A model generated the notes under the pieces. It saw only the letters and a program-made list of their open reading frames with translations, was not told where the DNA came from and ran no database searches. DNA of 64,000 nucleotides from a virus, in the IMG/VR virus record IMGVR_UViG_3300029267_002377, positions 1-64,000 of that record; one strand, 5' to 3'. The translations under genes and the position numbers were made by a program. Positions within the stretch are counted from its first letter, which is position 1, and each line of letters starts with the position of its first letter. Below are positions 54,464 through 63,741 of the stretch, piece by piece.

Positions 54464-54654
54464 ATAGGCAACTGGTTATTGTCGAGGGACCCGACCGGGG
54501 AGATGTGATTAGTGACTTTTTAGGTATTATAAATCCCCTCCTTCAAGACAACTGGTGGATCGTTGGGGGGACATTGATCGAGTTTGTAGCGCCGCGGAAG
54601 GGCGGTTACAGGTACGCCTGGACAGTAGAGCTGGAGCAAGAGGTTGTTACCTAA
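54460..54654 (+). CDS. Hypothetical protein
   Basis: Coupled ORF. Confidence 0.5.
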   Translation: MNRQLVIVEGPDRGDVISDFLGIINPLLQDNWWIVGGTLIEFVAPRKGGYRYAWTVELEQEVVT

Positions 54655-55603
54655 TCAGATAGTTGGTGAGATTGAAAACGAACTCAACCTAGAGAAGTGG
54701 TTCCAAAAGGGTGGACCCGGCTCTGGTCACTGGGGTCATAGGGGTCGGAAGGGGAAACGAGGGGGTAGTGCTCCTTCTAGAGGGTTGGCTAAGTTGTCTG
54801 CTCCAGTTGGGAACGCTGGTGTTGAGGGTAATAGGGGAGTTGACAAGTTGCTCACTGACACCTTATTTCCTGGGGAGGAGGTAGTTACCAAACCAAAACC
54901 AGGGGATTGGGAATACGCTACTACCAATGAAAGAGCCAAACTCAAAGCCCAAGTGGCAAGAGACCTTTCTGAGGTATCTGGGGTTACAGAACAAGAAGCA
55001 GCTGACTTTGTGAGGCAGTGGGCGCACTCCTCTAACGACAACGATATGCGCTCTTTGGCTGTGCAGCAAGATGCGGCGAAGGAGTTTGGCCTTAAGACAT
55101 CGGAGTTTACTCAAGGTAAGATTGATAACATGAAAGAATACAGACAGAAACAGCTAAAAAGACTAGAGGAGGGATATACTATAGAGCAACTTGGAGTGCG
55201 ATGGGCAAGTGTAAATCCTTTGATGGAGAGTGATAAACAGCGAGCCCTCCTGAGAAGCATGTACAACGAGACACAAGCCGAACTGAAAGCGAGGGGAATT
55301 AAGGAGGTTCGGCTGTATAGGGGAGCTAGATTGCCGGATGATGGAAAATGGCCAGATAGAATCGGTGGTGCTATACCGGTTGAGACAAATGCAGTGGAGA
55401 GTTGGTCTGTTAGCGCACGTGTTGCGAGGAATTTTGCTACTCCTCAGAGTGGTGGTGACATAGGGGTGGTATTTGTAACGGTGGTTCCAGCCAATCGCAT
55501 TCTGTCAACTCCTGCAACTGGTTTTGGCTGTCTAAGAGAGGGAGAGGTTGTTGTCTTGGGGGGAATTGATGGAGATAATGCTAGAGTGGCGGGGATAAGA
55601 TGA
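54644..55603 (+). CDS. GGPGSG-tag protein with ADP-ribosyltransferase (R-S-E) domain
   Basis: Tag at 54710; LYRG, ESWS...A-x-x-FA and REGEVVVL motifs. Confidence 0.8.
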   Translation: MLPNQIVGEIENELNLEKWFQKGGPGSGHWGHRGRKGKRGGSAPSRGLAKLSAPVGNAGVEGNRGVDKLLTDTLFPGEEVVTKPKPGDWEYATTNERAKLKAQVARDLSEVSGVTEQEAADFVRQWAHSSNDNDMRSLAVQQDAAKEFGLKTSEFTQGKIDNMKEYRQKQLKRLEEGYTIEQLGVRWASVNPLMESDKQRALLRSMYNETQAELKARGIKEVRLYRGARLPDDGKWPDRIGGAIPVETNAVESWSVSARVARNFATPQSGGDIGVVFVTVVPANRILSTPATGFGCLREGEVVVLGGIDGDNARVAGIR

Positions 55604-55719
55604 AGGTTATTAAGATAAGTGATACAGATGAGAATGCTGATTGGATCAAAGTTTTATCTGACGATGTAAAAGTCAGTGAAATGGCCAAGAAGCTCTTAAA
55701 AGATTATGTAAAGGAATGA
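55600..55719 (+). CDS. 39-aa protein coupled to the ART gene (not in ORF track)
   Basis: ATGA overlap; MKVIKISDTDENADWIK... Confidence 0.5.
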   Translation: MKVIKISDTDENADWIKVLSDDVKVSEMAKKLLKDYVKE

Positions 55720-55898
55720 AAACCTTTTTATGAATAAGGATTATGCAGCGCAGCTTCTAATTAGCGCATCTCAAGTGGAGGAAGATCCAGAACTCCAACT
55801 GGCGATGTTAATGGGAGCGCGGGAACTAACTCAAGACGAGCTTAAATGGATTCCTGTTGACTTGAGGAAATGGTTTTATCCAGAGTTGGGAGTTTAGA

Positions 55899-56153
55899 AT
55901 GAAGATTAGACGGATATGTCAGATGTGCTGGCACAATAAGTATGAATTTGACCCTAGCAAACCAGAAAGACCAGAAGACAAGTTTTGTCCTACTTGTAGA
56001 CGAAGAATGGGGTTAGGGCCTTCACAACCTGGGGTGGGAGCTTCGGATGGGCTAGACGTCGTGGGGAGACCGGTTCCAACGGGCCCCAAGAGGTCCATTT
56101 CTGAGATCGCGCATAGCAACCCGCCTGAGATTGATTGGAGCCAACTGCAGTGA
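55899..56153 (+). CDS. Small zinc-finger protein
   Basis: CQMC...FCPTC. Confidence 0.55.
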   Translation: MKIRRICQMCWHNKYEFDPSKPERPEDKFCPTCRRRMGLGPSQPGVGASDGLDVVGRPVPTGPKRSISEIAHSNPPEIDWSQLQ

Positions 56154-56433
56154 CAGTTCACTGTCCACTACACGGCAAACAAAGAGCAGAAGATCGCTCT
56201 GGTCAATGCGAAGCCTGTCAATATTCGAGAAACTTGAACGTCAATATAAAGAAGATTTTAATAAGGAGGGCAAAGAAGTGACAGGGGATCCAATCGCTGA
56301 GTGGTCTAGAGAATTTCCGTCGAAGTGGTTAGAGGCGGCTGGGTTTATACAGTTCTTAATAGTACAGGGGATTGAAATCGAGCCCCCAGATTACATGGAG
56401 CTCTTTAAGTATTTGGTTGAGAAAGGTTGAGCT

Positions 56434-56719
56434 GATGTACGATAGTGCAGAGGGCACAAAAGCCCTAAAAGAGATGGGTCCTGCGCTAAAACACCACTAT
56501 GAGAACAACCGGCACCACCCAGAGCACTGGACAGCTGGGGTTAACAAGATGTCTCTATTTGATTTGATTGAGATGTTGGCTGATTGGGCGGTAGCAGTGC
56601 AGAGACATGCAGATGGAGATCTAGAAGAGAGCCTAAAGATCAATAAGGAACGGTTCGAGATCTCAGATCAGCTTTATGAGATCCTAAAGAACACAGCAGA
56701 GGATATGGGGTGGATTTAG
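56434..56719 (+). CDS. DUF5662-like (HD-type) phage protein, possibly 5' truncated
   Basis: HHY-x-x-NRHHPEH...M-x-L-x-DLIEML-x-DW motif. Confidence 0.7.
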
Positions 56720-57012
56720 ATCGGTTGCTGTACAAAATCCTTCCACCGGAGTGGTATCTAAAACTACACGGAATTAAACTGTATTCTGAACCTCCTACAG
56801 CGGCTACAGTAACGTATACGCTACACGGAGAAGAGAAAGCAGCTCAAGTTAAATTTGGAAGTGCATACGCCGTAGTGAAAATGTTCCCGTTGTGGTTGAA
56901 ACACGGGTTCCTTGAGAAGGGACCCGGAGATCGGTACTATATTCCTCCACATGACATTCTAAAGGTAGAGTGGTGGGACCCTATTTTGGAAGATTATTTC
57001 GCTGTTTATTGA
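56710..57012 (+). CDS. Hypothetical protein
   Basis: ORF track. Confidence 0.55.
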   Translation: MDLDRLLYKILPPEWYLKLHGIKLYSEPPTAATVTYTLHGEEKAAQVKFGSAYAVVKMFPLWLKHGFLEKGPGDRYYIPPHDILKVEWWDPILEDYFAVY

Positions 57013-57015
57013 GGG

Positions 57016-57276
57016 ATGAAGATGGACTGGATTCGAGTTGAAGATAAATTACCCAGAAAAACAGACAAAGTGCTAACATACACTAAGAACCGGGGTATAC
57101 TAATAGCTTCCTTTGAGGCAAACGGGAAGCGGTATGATGACAACTACATAGTATACGACATAACTCACTGGATGCCCCTACCAGACCCACCAGGGATTAC
57201 TGTAAAGATATGTGTTACAGGGGTATCGGAAGGTCTAACTAAGCGAATTGAAGAGATGGTGAGGGAGGGGTTATGA
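57016..57276 (+). CDS. DUF551-like protein
   Basis: WI-x-VEDKLP...ITHWMPLPDPP. Confidence 0.85.
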   Translation: MKMDWIRVEDKLPRKTDKVLTYTKNRGILIASFEANGKRYDDNYIVYDITHWMPLPDPPGITVKICVTGVSEGLTKRIEEMVREGL

Positions 57277-57403
57277 GGTACTTCTGGAACTTAGTCACAG
57301 GAGACTTAGTGGCAACTAGGGATAGACATACAATCGCAATCCTTAAAATGGAAGGCTACATTGAGGTCTCATATGAAAGGTACAAGGAGATTGCGAGGGC
57401 AAG

Positions 57404-57970
57404 GTGAGCAATAAAGCTTTCTTGATGAGCTATGTGCATAACAAACTAATGGAAGAGCCACAATGGGGGCCTACTCTGGCAGGTGCAGAGTATGAACCGA
57501 AGTGGATGGATTTTGTAGCACAAGGTTATGGGGCGAATAACCCCCTTCCGTCTATCTACGATACGTATGTGTACTCCTGGTTACATACTGGTTTATGCTT
57601 AGGGGCTATTCTGTATATAAAGATCTATGTAGGCCGAATACCAAAGGGCAACAAATACATAGAAGCAAACAACAAAGCACTAAACAACCTACCGTACTCA
57701 TTTAAAGCTACGTTTATTCCAATGAAAGGCAGAGGACATAATACAGACGGCGAGCTGGTGTGGACTGAGCCAATAGTGCTAGGACAAACACTGCACACAG
57801 GTAAGGTAGTAGAGGAAGAGCTACCTCCTGGCCAAGCTCCCCTGGAGGTAGGTGCTACAGAATCACACAGAACACTCATGCACCTACTAGAGGAGAAGAG
57901 ACTAGCTAGGTGGGCATATGGGGATAAGTACATAAAGCTGGTCTATGTAAGGGATGTGGAGTGGAAGTAG
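57404..57970 (+). CDS. Hypothetical protein
   Basis: 188-aa ORF. Confidence 0.6.
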   Translation: MSNKAFLMSYVHNKLMEEPQWGPTLAGAEYEPKWMDFVAQGYGANNPLPSIYDTYVYSWLHTGLCLGAILYIKIYVGRIPKGNKYIEANNKALNNLPYSFKATFIPMKGRGHNTDGELVWTEPIVLGQTLHTGKVVEEELPPGQAPLEVGATESHRTLMHLLEEKRLARWAYGDKYIKLVYVRDVEWK

Positions 57971-58242
57971 CGATTGCTTTGACAGCTCTCATAGTGAGTG
58001 CGTGGGTGGCGGTGTGTAGCTGGTTGGACAAAGCTGTGGAATCTACTGAAGTTCTACTTCGGCGGAAAGGTGAGGCATTAAGTAGATATCCTCCAAGCAC
58101 AATGTACGCAGCTAGAGAGGAGGCTAAGGTGAGGATGGAGAAGTATAGGGAGGAGATGAGGTTGAGCCGTGATAGTTATAAGAAGACAGAAAGGAGGCTT
58201 AAAAAGCTCAAAGGGTTGAGGAGATACTGCTGTGGGAGGTAA
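57961..58242 (+). CDS. Hypothetical membrane-anchored protein
   Basis: N-terminal hydrophobic segment, basic tail. Confidence 0.4.
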   Translation: MEVAIALTALIVSAWVAVCSWLDKAVESTEVLLRRKGEALSRYPPSTMYAAREEAKVRMEKYREEMRLSRDSYKKTERRLKKLKGLRRYCCGR

Positions 58243-58681
58243 CAGAAGGTCACCCACCACCCCTCTGGCCCCCGCCCCGGATAACTCTGGTGTTATGTAT
58301 GGGCGCTGAGGCGTAGAACAAACATATACATGTTCAGACTATGTATGTTATGTCAACAAATATGCAGTTTATGGGGCGTTTAGGCCAGGTAGGTGTAAAG
58401 ATTGTAAAGGATGACAGTGGGTAGGCAGGAGTTGGAAAAAATTAAAACCAAACGCGAAGGCGCTGCGGGCAATGTCACCTAACTTTTTTATAAAACCCAT
58501 CCCCAGAATAGGACCTTACATAAATTATGACTAACGAACTACACCCAACACACTCGGATGATTGGTGCTTAACCTGCAGTAAGCCGCCCACTTACTTAGT
58601 CCGTCACGAACCCTACCCACCTGTTCCTACAACTGCAAAGGACAATGTGGTTGTAGAAAAGGACTTCTTAAGCGAGGATAG

Positions 58682-58984
58682 ATGAACTACATTATAGGCC
58701 ACCTAGTTGGAGATGTTTTATTCCAAAACAAATGGTTAGCCACCATAAAGCGACAGCACATCTGGGGTATGTGTTTGCACTGTTTCATTGTAACGACGTT
58801 TGTCTTCCTGTTTACAAGTTGGAACCTACTCCAGCTTTCGTTGGCTTTTGCTTCTCACTTCATCATTGATTGGTTTCAGTTTAAGAAGCTTTGGCCCAAG
58901 TTTATTGACCAGTATGAGGGCGTTGGTCCCACGGACGATCAAATCTTCCACATCTTATCTCTATACTTAATAAACTTACTATGA
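58682..58984 (+). CDS. DUF3307-like membrane protein
   Basis: GHLVGD-x-x-FQ...H...SHFIID...DQIFH. Confidence 0.85.
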   Translation: MNYIIGHLVGDVLFQNKWLATIKRQHIWGMCLHCFIVTTFVFLFTSWNLLQLSLAFASHFIIDWFQFKKLWPKFIDQYEGVGPTDDQIFHILSLYLINLL

Positions 58985-59236
58985 AGACATACACTGTCAT
59001 CGGCTCAACTGACAATTACGAAATAAAAGCGTCTAACGAGAAGGAAGCTTGGAGACAAGCTATAGTTAAGAACTTAAAGCCACCTTTCATTAGAGAGAAG
59101 AAGTGATCTACTACAAGTGTAAGAAATGCAAAGGCTGGTTTACCAAGCCATACGGGTGGTTTACTAGAGTCGCTAAACCTAAAGTCTGGACGACCGTCAT
59201 TGAATTTACTTGCCCATCTTGTGTAAAGGAGAAAAA

Positions 59237-60169
59237 ATGAACGAAGTAAGATCTATCAAGTCCGCATACGCTAGCCACTTACTAGCCAAAAAGAACGTCG
59301 TGGCTGTAGGAGTTGGCTACAAGAGAGTCGGAGGAGAGCGGACCGACGACCTAGCTGTCATCGTCTCCGTAGTCCAGAAACAAACAAACCCCGTAGAACC
59401 TGTCCCCAAGTACCTCAATGGAATCAAAACAGACGTCCAGGAAGTTGGTGTCTTGAGAGCGATGCGAACGAGCAAGCACCGCCCCGCTCCTGGTGGAGTG
59501 TCTATTGGTCACGTCGACATCACGGCTGGAACACTTGGTTGCCTCACCTCCGAAGGGTATATTTTGAGCAACAACCACGTCTTGGCCAACTCGAACGCGG
59601 GAGAACCAGGAGACTACATCGTCCAGCCCGGTCCCCACGACGGCGGAACGGTTGATGACCTCATCGCTACGCTTTACCGGTTTGTTCCGGTTGAGTTCAG
59701 TTGTCCCATTTTGGATGGAATCATCGGTGCCGGGAACTTGATTGCCCGAGCCATGAAGTCTCGCTACCGCCTCCGAGGAGTCAACAACTCGGAGAACCTC
59801 GTAGACGCCGCCCTAGCCACTCCACTGTCATCTGACCTCGTCACCCCCGAGATCCTCGAAATCGGCGAACCCGCTGGAGTAGCCGAAGCCGAACTCGGCA
59901 TGAGTATTCAGAAGAGTGGCCGCACAACTGGCCTTACCCACGGAACTATCGAGCAAATTGACGTGACGGCCAACGTTTTGTACGGCTATCAAATGGCCAC
60001 TTTCACCGATCAAGTTATGGCTGGCTACATGTGCGAGGGCGGAGACAGCGGTTCGGCTGTTCTAACCGGCGACCGCGAAGTGGTTGGTTTGTTGTTTGCT
60101 GGATCTGAGTCGACTACCCTATTCAACCGGATCGCCAACGTCACGGACCTGTTAGGAGTCACCATTTGA
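59237..60169 (+). CDS. Trypsin-like (S1, Nal1-like) serine protease
   Basis: GTLG, LSNNHV (His), VDAA (Asp), KSGRTTG and GDSGS (Ser); ATG 59237 after AAGGAG. Confidence 0.92.
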   Translation: MNEVRSIKSAYASHLLAKKNVVAVGVGYKRVGGERTDDLAVIVSVVQKQTNPVEPVPKYLNGIKTDVQEVGVLRAMRTSKHRPAPGGVSIGHVDITAGTLGCLTSEGYILSNNHVLANSNAGEPGDYIVQPGPHDGGTVDDLIATLYRFVPVEFSCPILDGIIGAGNLIARAMKSRYRLRGVNNSENLVDAALATPLSSDLVTPEILEIGEPAGVAEAELGMSIQKSGRTTGLTHGTIEQIDVTANVLYGYQMATFTDQVMAGYMCEGGDSGSAVLTGDREVVGLLFAGSESTTLFNRIANVTDLLGVTI

Positions 60170-60921
60170 CAGACATTGCTATCCAGATCATAGACAACTA
60201 CATAGAACTCGGTGGCCCCGGATCTGGGAATTGGGGACACGCAGGCAGAAAAGGAAAAAGAGGTGGGTCCCTCCCGCGCTCTAGAGCTATGTCTAGACGA
60301 ACAGGCAAGGACTGGAGAAAGCGTCAAGCAGCAGCTAAGAGGATTGCTGCCAAGGGTCACACTCCCCCAACGGATTCGGCTATGCATGAAGACCGTTTGC
60401 ACTCCTCTTTAACTGAAAAAGACAAAGGAGTGATAAGGCGTGCTGTAGCCAATCTCCCCCAGGAGCACCTAGACAAGGTCTATGGGATTGAGAAACGCCA
60501 TATCCCTGGAGCAGAGGGACGGTGCAGAGGGAACTACATCGAGCTAAATAGTGAGACTTATGGAGCTCATAATAGGCGGATTTGGCATAAGGCCACTGTG
60601 GTGCATGAGATTGGTCACGTGGTTCAAAATCATAACTCACAGTATGGAGACCGGCGTTACGTTGAAGATTTTGGAAAGTTCTATAGGGAGAAGAAAGGTC
60701 GAGTCGGAATACACCCCAGTGCACTACGGGCGGAAGCGACAAAGGCAGGAGGTCCGAGGAAGGGATTTCCTTCCCGATACTCTCAGAAAGATCACAAGGA
60801 GTTATTTGCCGAAAGCTACCAAATGTATACAAGCGCCCCGAAGACCTTACAGAAGCGAGCTCCGGAGATTTATGAGTACATGCGAGATGACGTGTTTGGT
60901 GGGGTGGAGTACATAAAATGA
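60166..60921 (+). CDS. GGPGSG-tag protein with zincin metallopeptidase domain
   Basis: Tag at 60211; HEIGH and S-x-YS...E-x-FAE motifs (anthrax lethal-factor-like arrangement). Confidence 0.82.
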   Translation: MTDIAIQIIDNYIELGGPGSGNWGHAGRKGKRGGSLPRSRAMSRRTGKDWRKRQAAAKRIAAKGHTPPTDSAMHEDRLHSSLTEKDKGVIRRAVANLPQEHLDKVYGIEKRHIPGAEGRCRGNYIELNSETYGAHNRRIWHKATVVHEIGHVVQNHNSQYGDRRYVEDFGKFYREKKGRVGIHPSALRAEATKAGGPRKGFPSRYSQKDHKELFAESYQMYTSAPKTLQKRAPEIYEYMRDDVFGGVEYIK

Positions 60922-61178
60922 ATATCCTTAGCGGTGTAACAGGTAAGCAGGTTGGGACTATGGATCGGCTGGGTCGAGTTACTACTTCAGATCGAGGACT
61001 CAAAGGTATTATGGCTGCAGTTAATAAAGATCGGTCTGTGGTTATACCCAGCCGCTCAGACGTCGTAGGTGAGGATAAAATAATAGATTTCGTGGAGATA
61101 GTATCAGATACAGATCCGGATTTTGTCAACGCGCTCATTATCTATCTCCTCCGAGAAGGCTATGAGGTTGTAGTATGA
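60918..61178 (+). CDS. Small protein coupled to the peptidase gene
   Basis: 4-nt overlap with the upstream stop. Confidence 0.6.
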   Translation: MNILSGVTGKQVGTMDRLGRVTTSDRGLKGIMAAVNKDRSVVIPSRSDVVGEDKIIDFVEIVSDTDPDFVNALIIYLLREGYEVVV

Positions 61179-61290
61179 AAGAAGTTACTAAAGGCAAAAA
61201 CTGGCCCGTCCGGATTGAAGTCACCAAAGACGGATCCGGGAAAGTAATCAAACAGAAATCTATTCAAATTCCTAAACTAAGGCGTCTTAG

Positions 61291-61845
61291 GTGATTGAGA
61301 TTCTGGTAGCTTTAATCTTATACACTAGTATCCCACTCCGCATGCCAGATATGGTTGGCTTGGCCACTCCCTACGGTCCTCCAGCTTTTTGTCAGGGTGA
61401 TAGAATGCGCAGCGGCCAGGAGTTGGATCTAGCCGCTCCGACTATGGCAGTCAATGATTGTAGGAAGAACAGTACTGGGCAGTGTGTGTACGACTGGGAC
61501 ATCAGTTACTGGCCGCAGTGGGCGAATAAGAGAGCAATCGTATTCATTCCAGAGTGTGAGAAGTTACTTATTGTAGATATTAAAGACACAGGTCGTCTAC
61601 GGTCTGCTGGTCAGAGACGGTTGGGTATCCGAGATGGAGTGAAGCACTACTGGGGGCTGCCCCTGCCAGAGGAGGAGTACGAGTTGGCCACTAGAGTGCT
61701 GGACGAGCCCGTCTTGGAGCCGAATACAACTTGGTTGGAGGATGAAGTTTATTGGGTAGTAGCTGACTTTCCTGTTGAGTTTTATGAGAGAGAGGTTTTA
61801 TGTGGTTTGCTATGGCCCAAAGTGGCTATTTGGGTTGAGGAGTAA
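61291..61845 (+). CDS. Secreted protein, possible RlpA/DPBB-like cell-wall enzyme
   Basis: Signal peptide; G-x-AT-x-Y, M-x-SG, T-x-AV and V-x-I-x-DTG motifs. Confidence 0.5.
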   Translation: MIEILVALILYTSIPLRMPDMVGLATPYGPPAFCQGDRMRSGQELDLAAPTMAVNDCRKNSTGQCVYDWDISYWPQWANKRAIVFIPECEKLLIVDIKDTGRLRSAGQRRLGIRDGVKHYWGLPLPEEEYELATRVLDEPVLEPNTTWLEDEVYWVVADFPVEFYEREVLCGLLWPKVAIWVEE

Positions 61846-61848
61846 GAT

Positions 61849-62013
61849 ATGGATAAAGTAAAAATATACAATAAGTTGGGCCAACTCGTCGGGTGGTACA
61901 TCAACGGGGTGGTGCAAGTCTACTCCCCCGACCTCCAGAAGGCGAAAAAGGGATGTCCAGAAGGCGCAGACCTTGTAGAATTTCTGAAGAGTCGGGGGTT
62001 TCGTTTTGAGTAG
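61849..62013 (+). CDS. 54-aa protein, copy A of a duplicated gene (not in ORF track)
   Basis: MDKVKIYNKLGQ...QVYSPDLQKAKKGCPEGADLVEFLKSRGFRFE. Confidence 0.7.
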   Translation: MDKVKIYNKLGQLVGWYINGVVQVYSPDLQKAKKGCPEGADLVEFLKSRGFRFE

Positions 62014-63358
62014 AGACCTCTTTGCCGAAGTAGGCGCCATACTAACTGAGATGGGCGGCCCCGGTTCTGGCCACCATGGTCACAAAGGCCGCAAAGGTAA
62101 GCGCGGTGGATCGGCCCCTTCTAAAGCTGGTGGGATTTCTAGCCCTCAACCGGTAGGTGGTGCTTGGTCTTCTTGGCACGCATTCGAGGTGGATGTTATT
62201 CAGGGGAATATAGACCCTGATTTCTCGATACAGGCTGAGGTGGATAACACTTTGTACGAGGTTAAGCTTGAAAGCTGGTGGGAAGGATGCATGGAGTCTC
62301 GAGGGTTGGGTAAAACTTCTTGGGGATCTATAGATAGGAGGTTTGAGGAGTTAATGGCAGCGGAAGCTGGTTGGGATAGGGTTGATATATCGGGTTTTAT
62401 AGATAATACCCACATAGCTCCATATGGTGCCACATACATCGGAAGAAAAGTCCTGCGGGTAAAAAGCGACTTTATCATTTCTCAAGTCGAATCCCAACTC
62501 GTTCTCAGCCCCGAAGGTGGATGGGTAGAGAAAGGCGGACCAGGAAGTGGCCATTGGGGTCACGCTGGTCGAAAAGGAAAGAGGGGAGGGAGTTTGCCGG
62601 GGGCAGTCGGCGTTCTTGGCGCTGCGGTTGTAAGCCAGTTGGAGAAGGATGGTTACGATCCGGGTATACTGGTGTCTATAGGTCGAGATGCCCGCGACCG
62701 GGGTTTTACCTCCCTTCTGGGGGATCTGCATGATGAGGTACCCGAGAATGAGTACATGAAGTATGCAGATGCCTACGCAGAAGCAAGGTTATTCACCAGC
62801 GGGGGATTTAGTGGTCAAAGCGACCCAGGATTTAGGCATGTGTCTCTCAAACGTTTCGAGAGGGACTTAGCAAATCCAGAGCGTCGGTGGATACCAAAGC
62901 AATTGGCAGCAGCAGCTATAATCAAAAGTATGGTAGAGCAAGATTTAAGAAGTACTCCTCGTTTATACCGCGGTTCAGATTGGGAGGGCTCTCTATCTGT
63001 GGGAGACAAGGTAGATTTTGGGACCTTGGGGCGTGAGTTTTCGAGCCTTAGTCCCGCTGGTGGGGCTTTTGGGGCTCGTAAATATACGTTTATTTTGGAT
63101 AACCCACAGAGAGGAGCAAACCTTAAGAATTTTTCTAATCACCCCGAGGAGAAACCTTGGTTGATAAAAGGAAACTATAAGGTATCTTCTATCAAAGGTA
63201 AAAATATTACTATAGTACCGGGTGGGGTATCTAAGAGTGATTTTATCATTTCTCAAATCGAATCCCAACTCGTTCTCAGTCCCGAAGGTGGGTGGGTGGA
63301 AGACGTGCTTGTTTCCGAACAACGGGTGGCAACATCTCTATCGAGCTTATTTGAGTGA
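62006..63358 (+). CDS. Double GGPGSG-tag protein; second module has an ART-like domain
   Basis: Tags at 62054 and 62534; LYRG...FSSLS...HPEEKPWLI; internal repeat KSDFIISQ(V/I)ESQLVLSPEGGWVE twice. Confidence 0.75.
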   Translation: MSRDLFAEVGAILTEMGGPGSGHHGHKGRKGKRGGSAPSKAGGISSPQPVGGAWSSWHAFEVDVIQGNIDPDFSIQAEVDNTLYEVKLESWWEGCMESRGLGKTSWGSIDRRFEELMAAEAGWDRVDISGFIDNTHIAPYGATYIGRKVLRVKSDFIISQVESQLVLSPEGGWVEKGGPGSGHWGHAGRKGKRGGSLPGAVGVLGAAVVSQLEKDGYDPGILVSIGRDARDRGFTSLLGDLHDEVPENEYMKYADAYAEARLFTSGGFSGQSDPGFRHVSLKRFERDLANPERRWIPKQLAAAAIIKSMVEQDLRSTPRLYRGSDWEGSLSVGDKVDFGTLGREFSSLSPAGGAFGARKYTFILDNPQRGANLKNFSNHPEEKPWLIKGNYKVSSIKGKNITIVPGGVSKSDFIISQIESQLVLSPEGGWVEDVLVSEQRVATSLSSLFE

Positions 63359-63573
63359 GGGAGACTTGTATTATGCTTACTAGTGAACTAATCGATCATC
63401 TAGAAGAGATTCGAAAGCAGCATGGAGACTTACCTATCTATATATTTACTGATGGGACGGGCCCATCAACTTGCATGGATCTCGAGCGAGTAGATGTAGG
63501 TGAGGCTTGGTTCGCGAACAGTCCCGAGACGGTACGAAGTGCAGTGATTCTAAGTTTGTATGGAGTGGATTAG
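63355..63573 (+). CDS. Small hypothetical protein
   Basis: SELI-x-x-L...HGDLPI pattern common in phage small proteins. Confidence 0.6.
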   Translation: MRETCIMLTSELIDHLEEIRKQHGDLPIYIFTDGTGPSTCMDLERVDVGEAWFANSPETVRSAVILSLYGVD

Positions 63574-63585
63574 AAAGGTAGCAGT

Positions 63586-63741
63586 ATGGGCAAAGTAAAA
63601 ATCTATAACAAGCTGGGCCAGCTCACTGGCTGGCTTGTAGTACAAGTCTACTCCCCCGACCTCAAGAAGGCGAAAAAGGGATGTCCAGAAGGCGCAGACC
63701 TTGTAGAATTTCTGAAGAGTCGGGGGTTTCGTTTTGACTAG
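63586..63741 (+). CDS. 51-aa protein, copy B of a duplicated gene (not in ORF track)
   Basis: MGKVKIYNKLGQ...QVYSPDLKKAKKGCPEGADLVEFLKSRGFRFD; 3' half nearly identical in DNA to copy A. Confidence 0.7.
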   Translation: MGKVKIYNKLGQLTGWLVVQVYSPDLKKAKKGCPEGADLVEFLKSRGFRFD

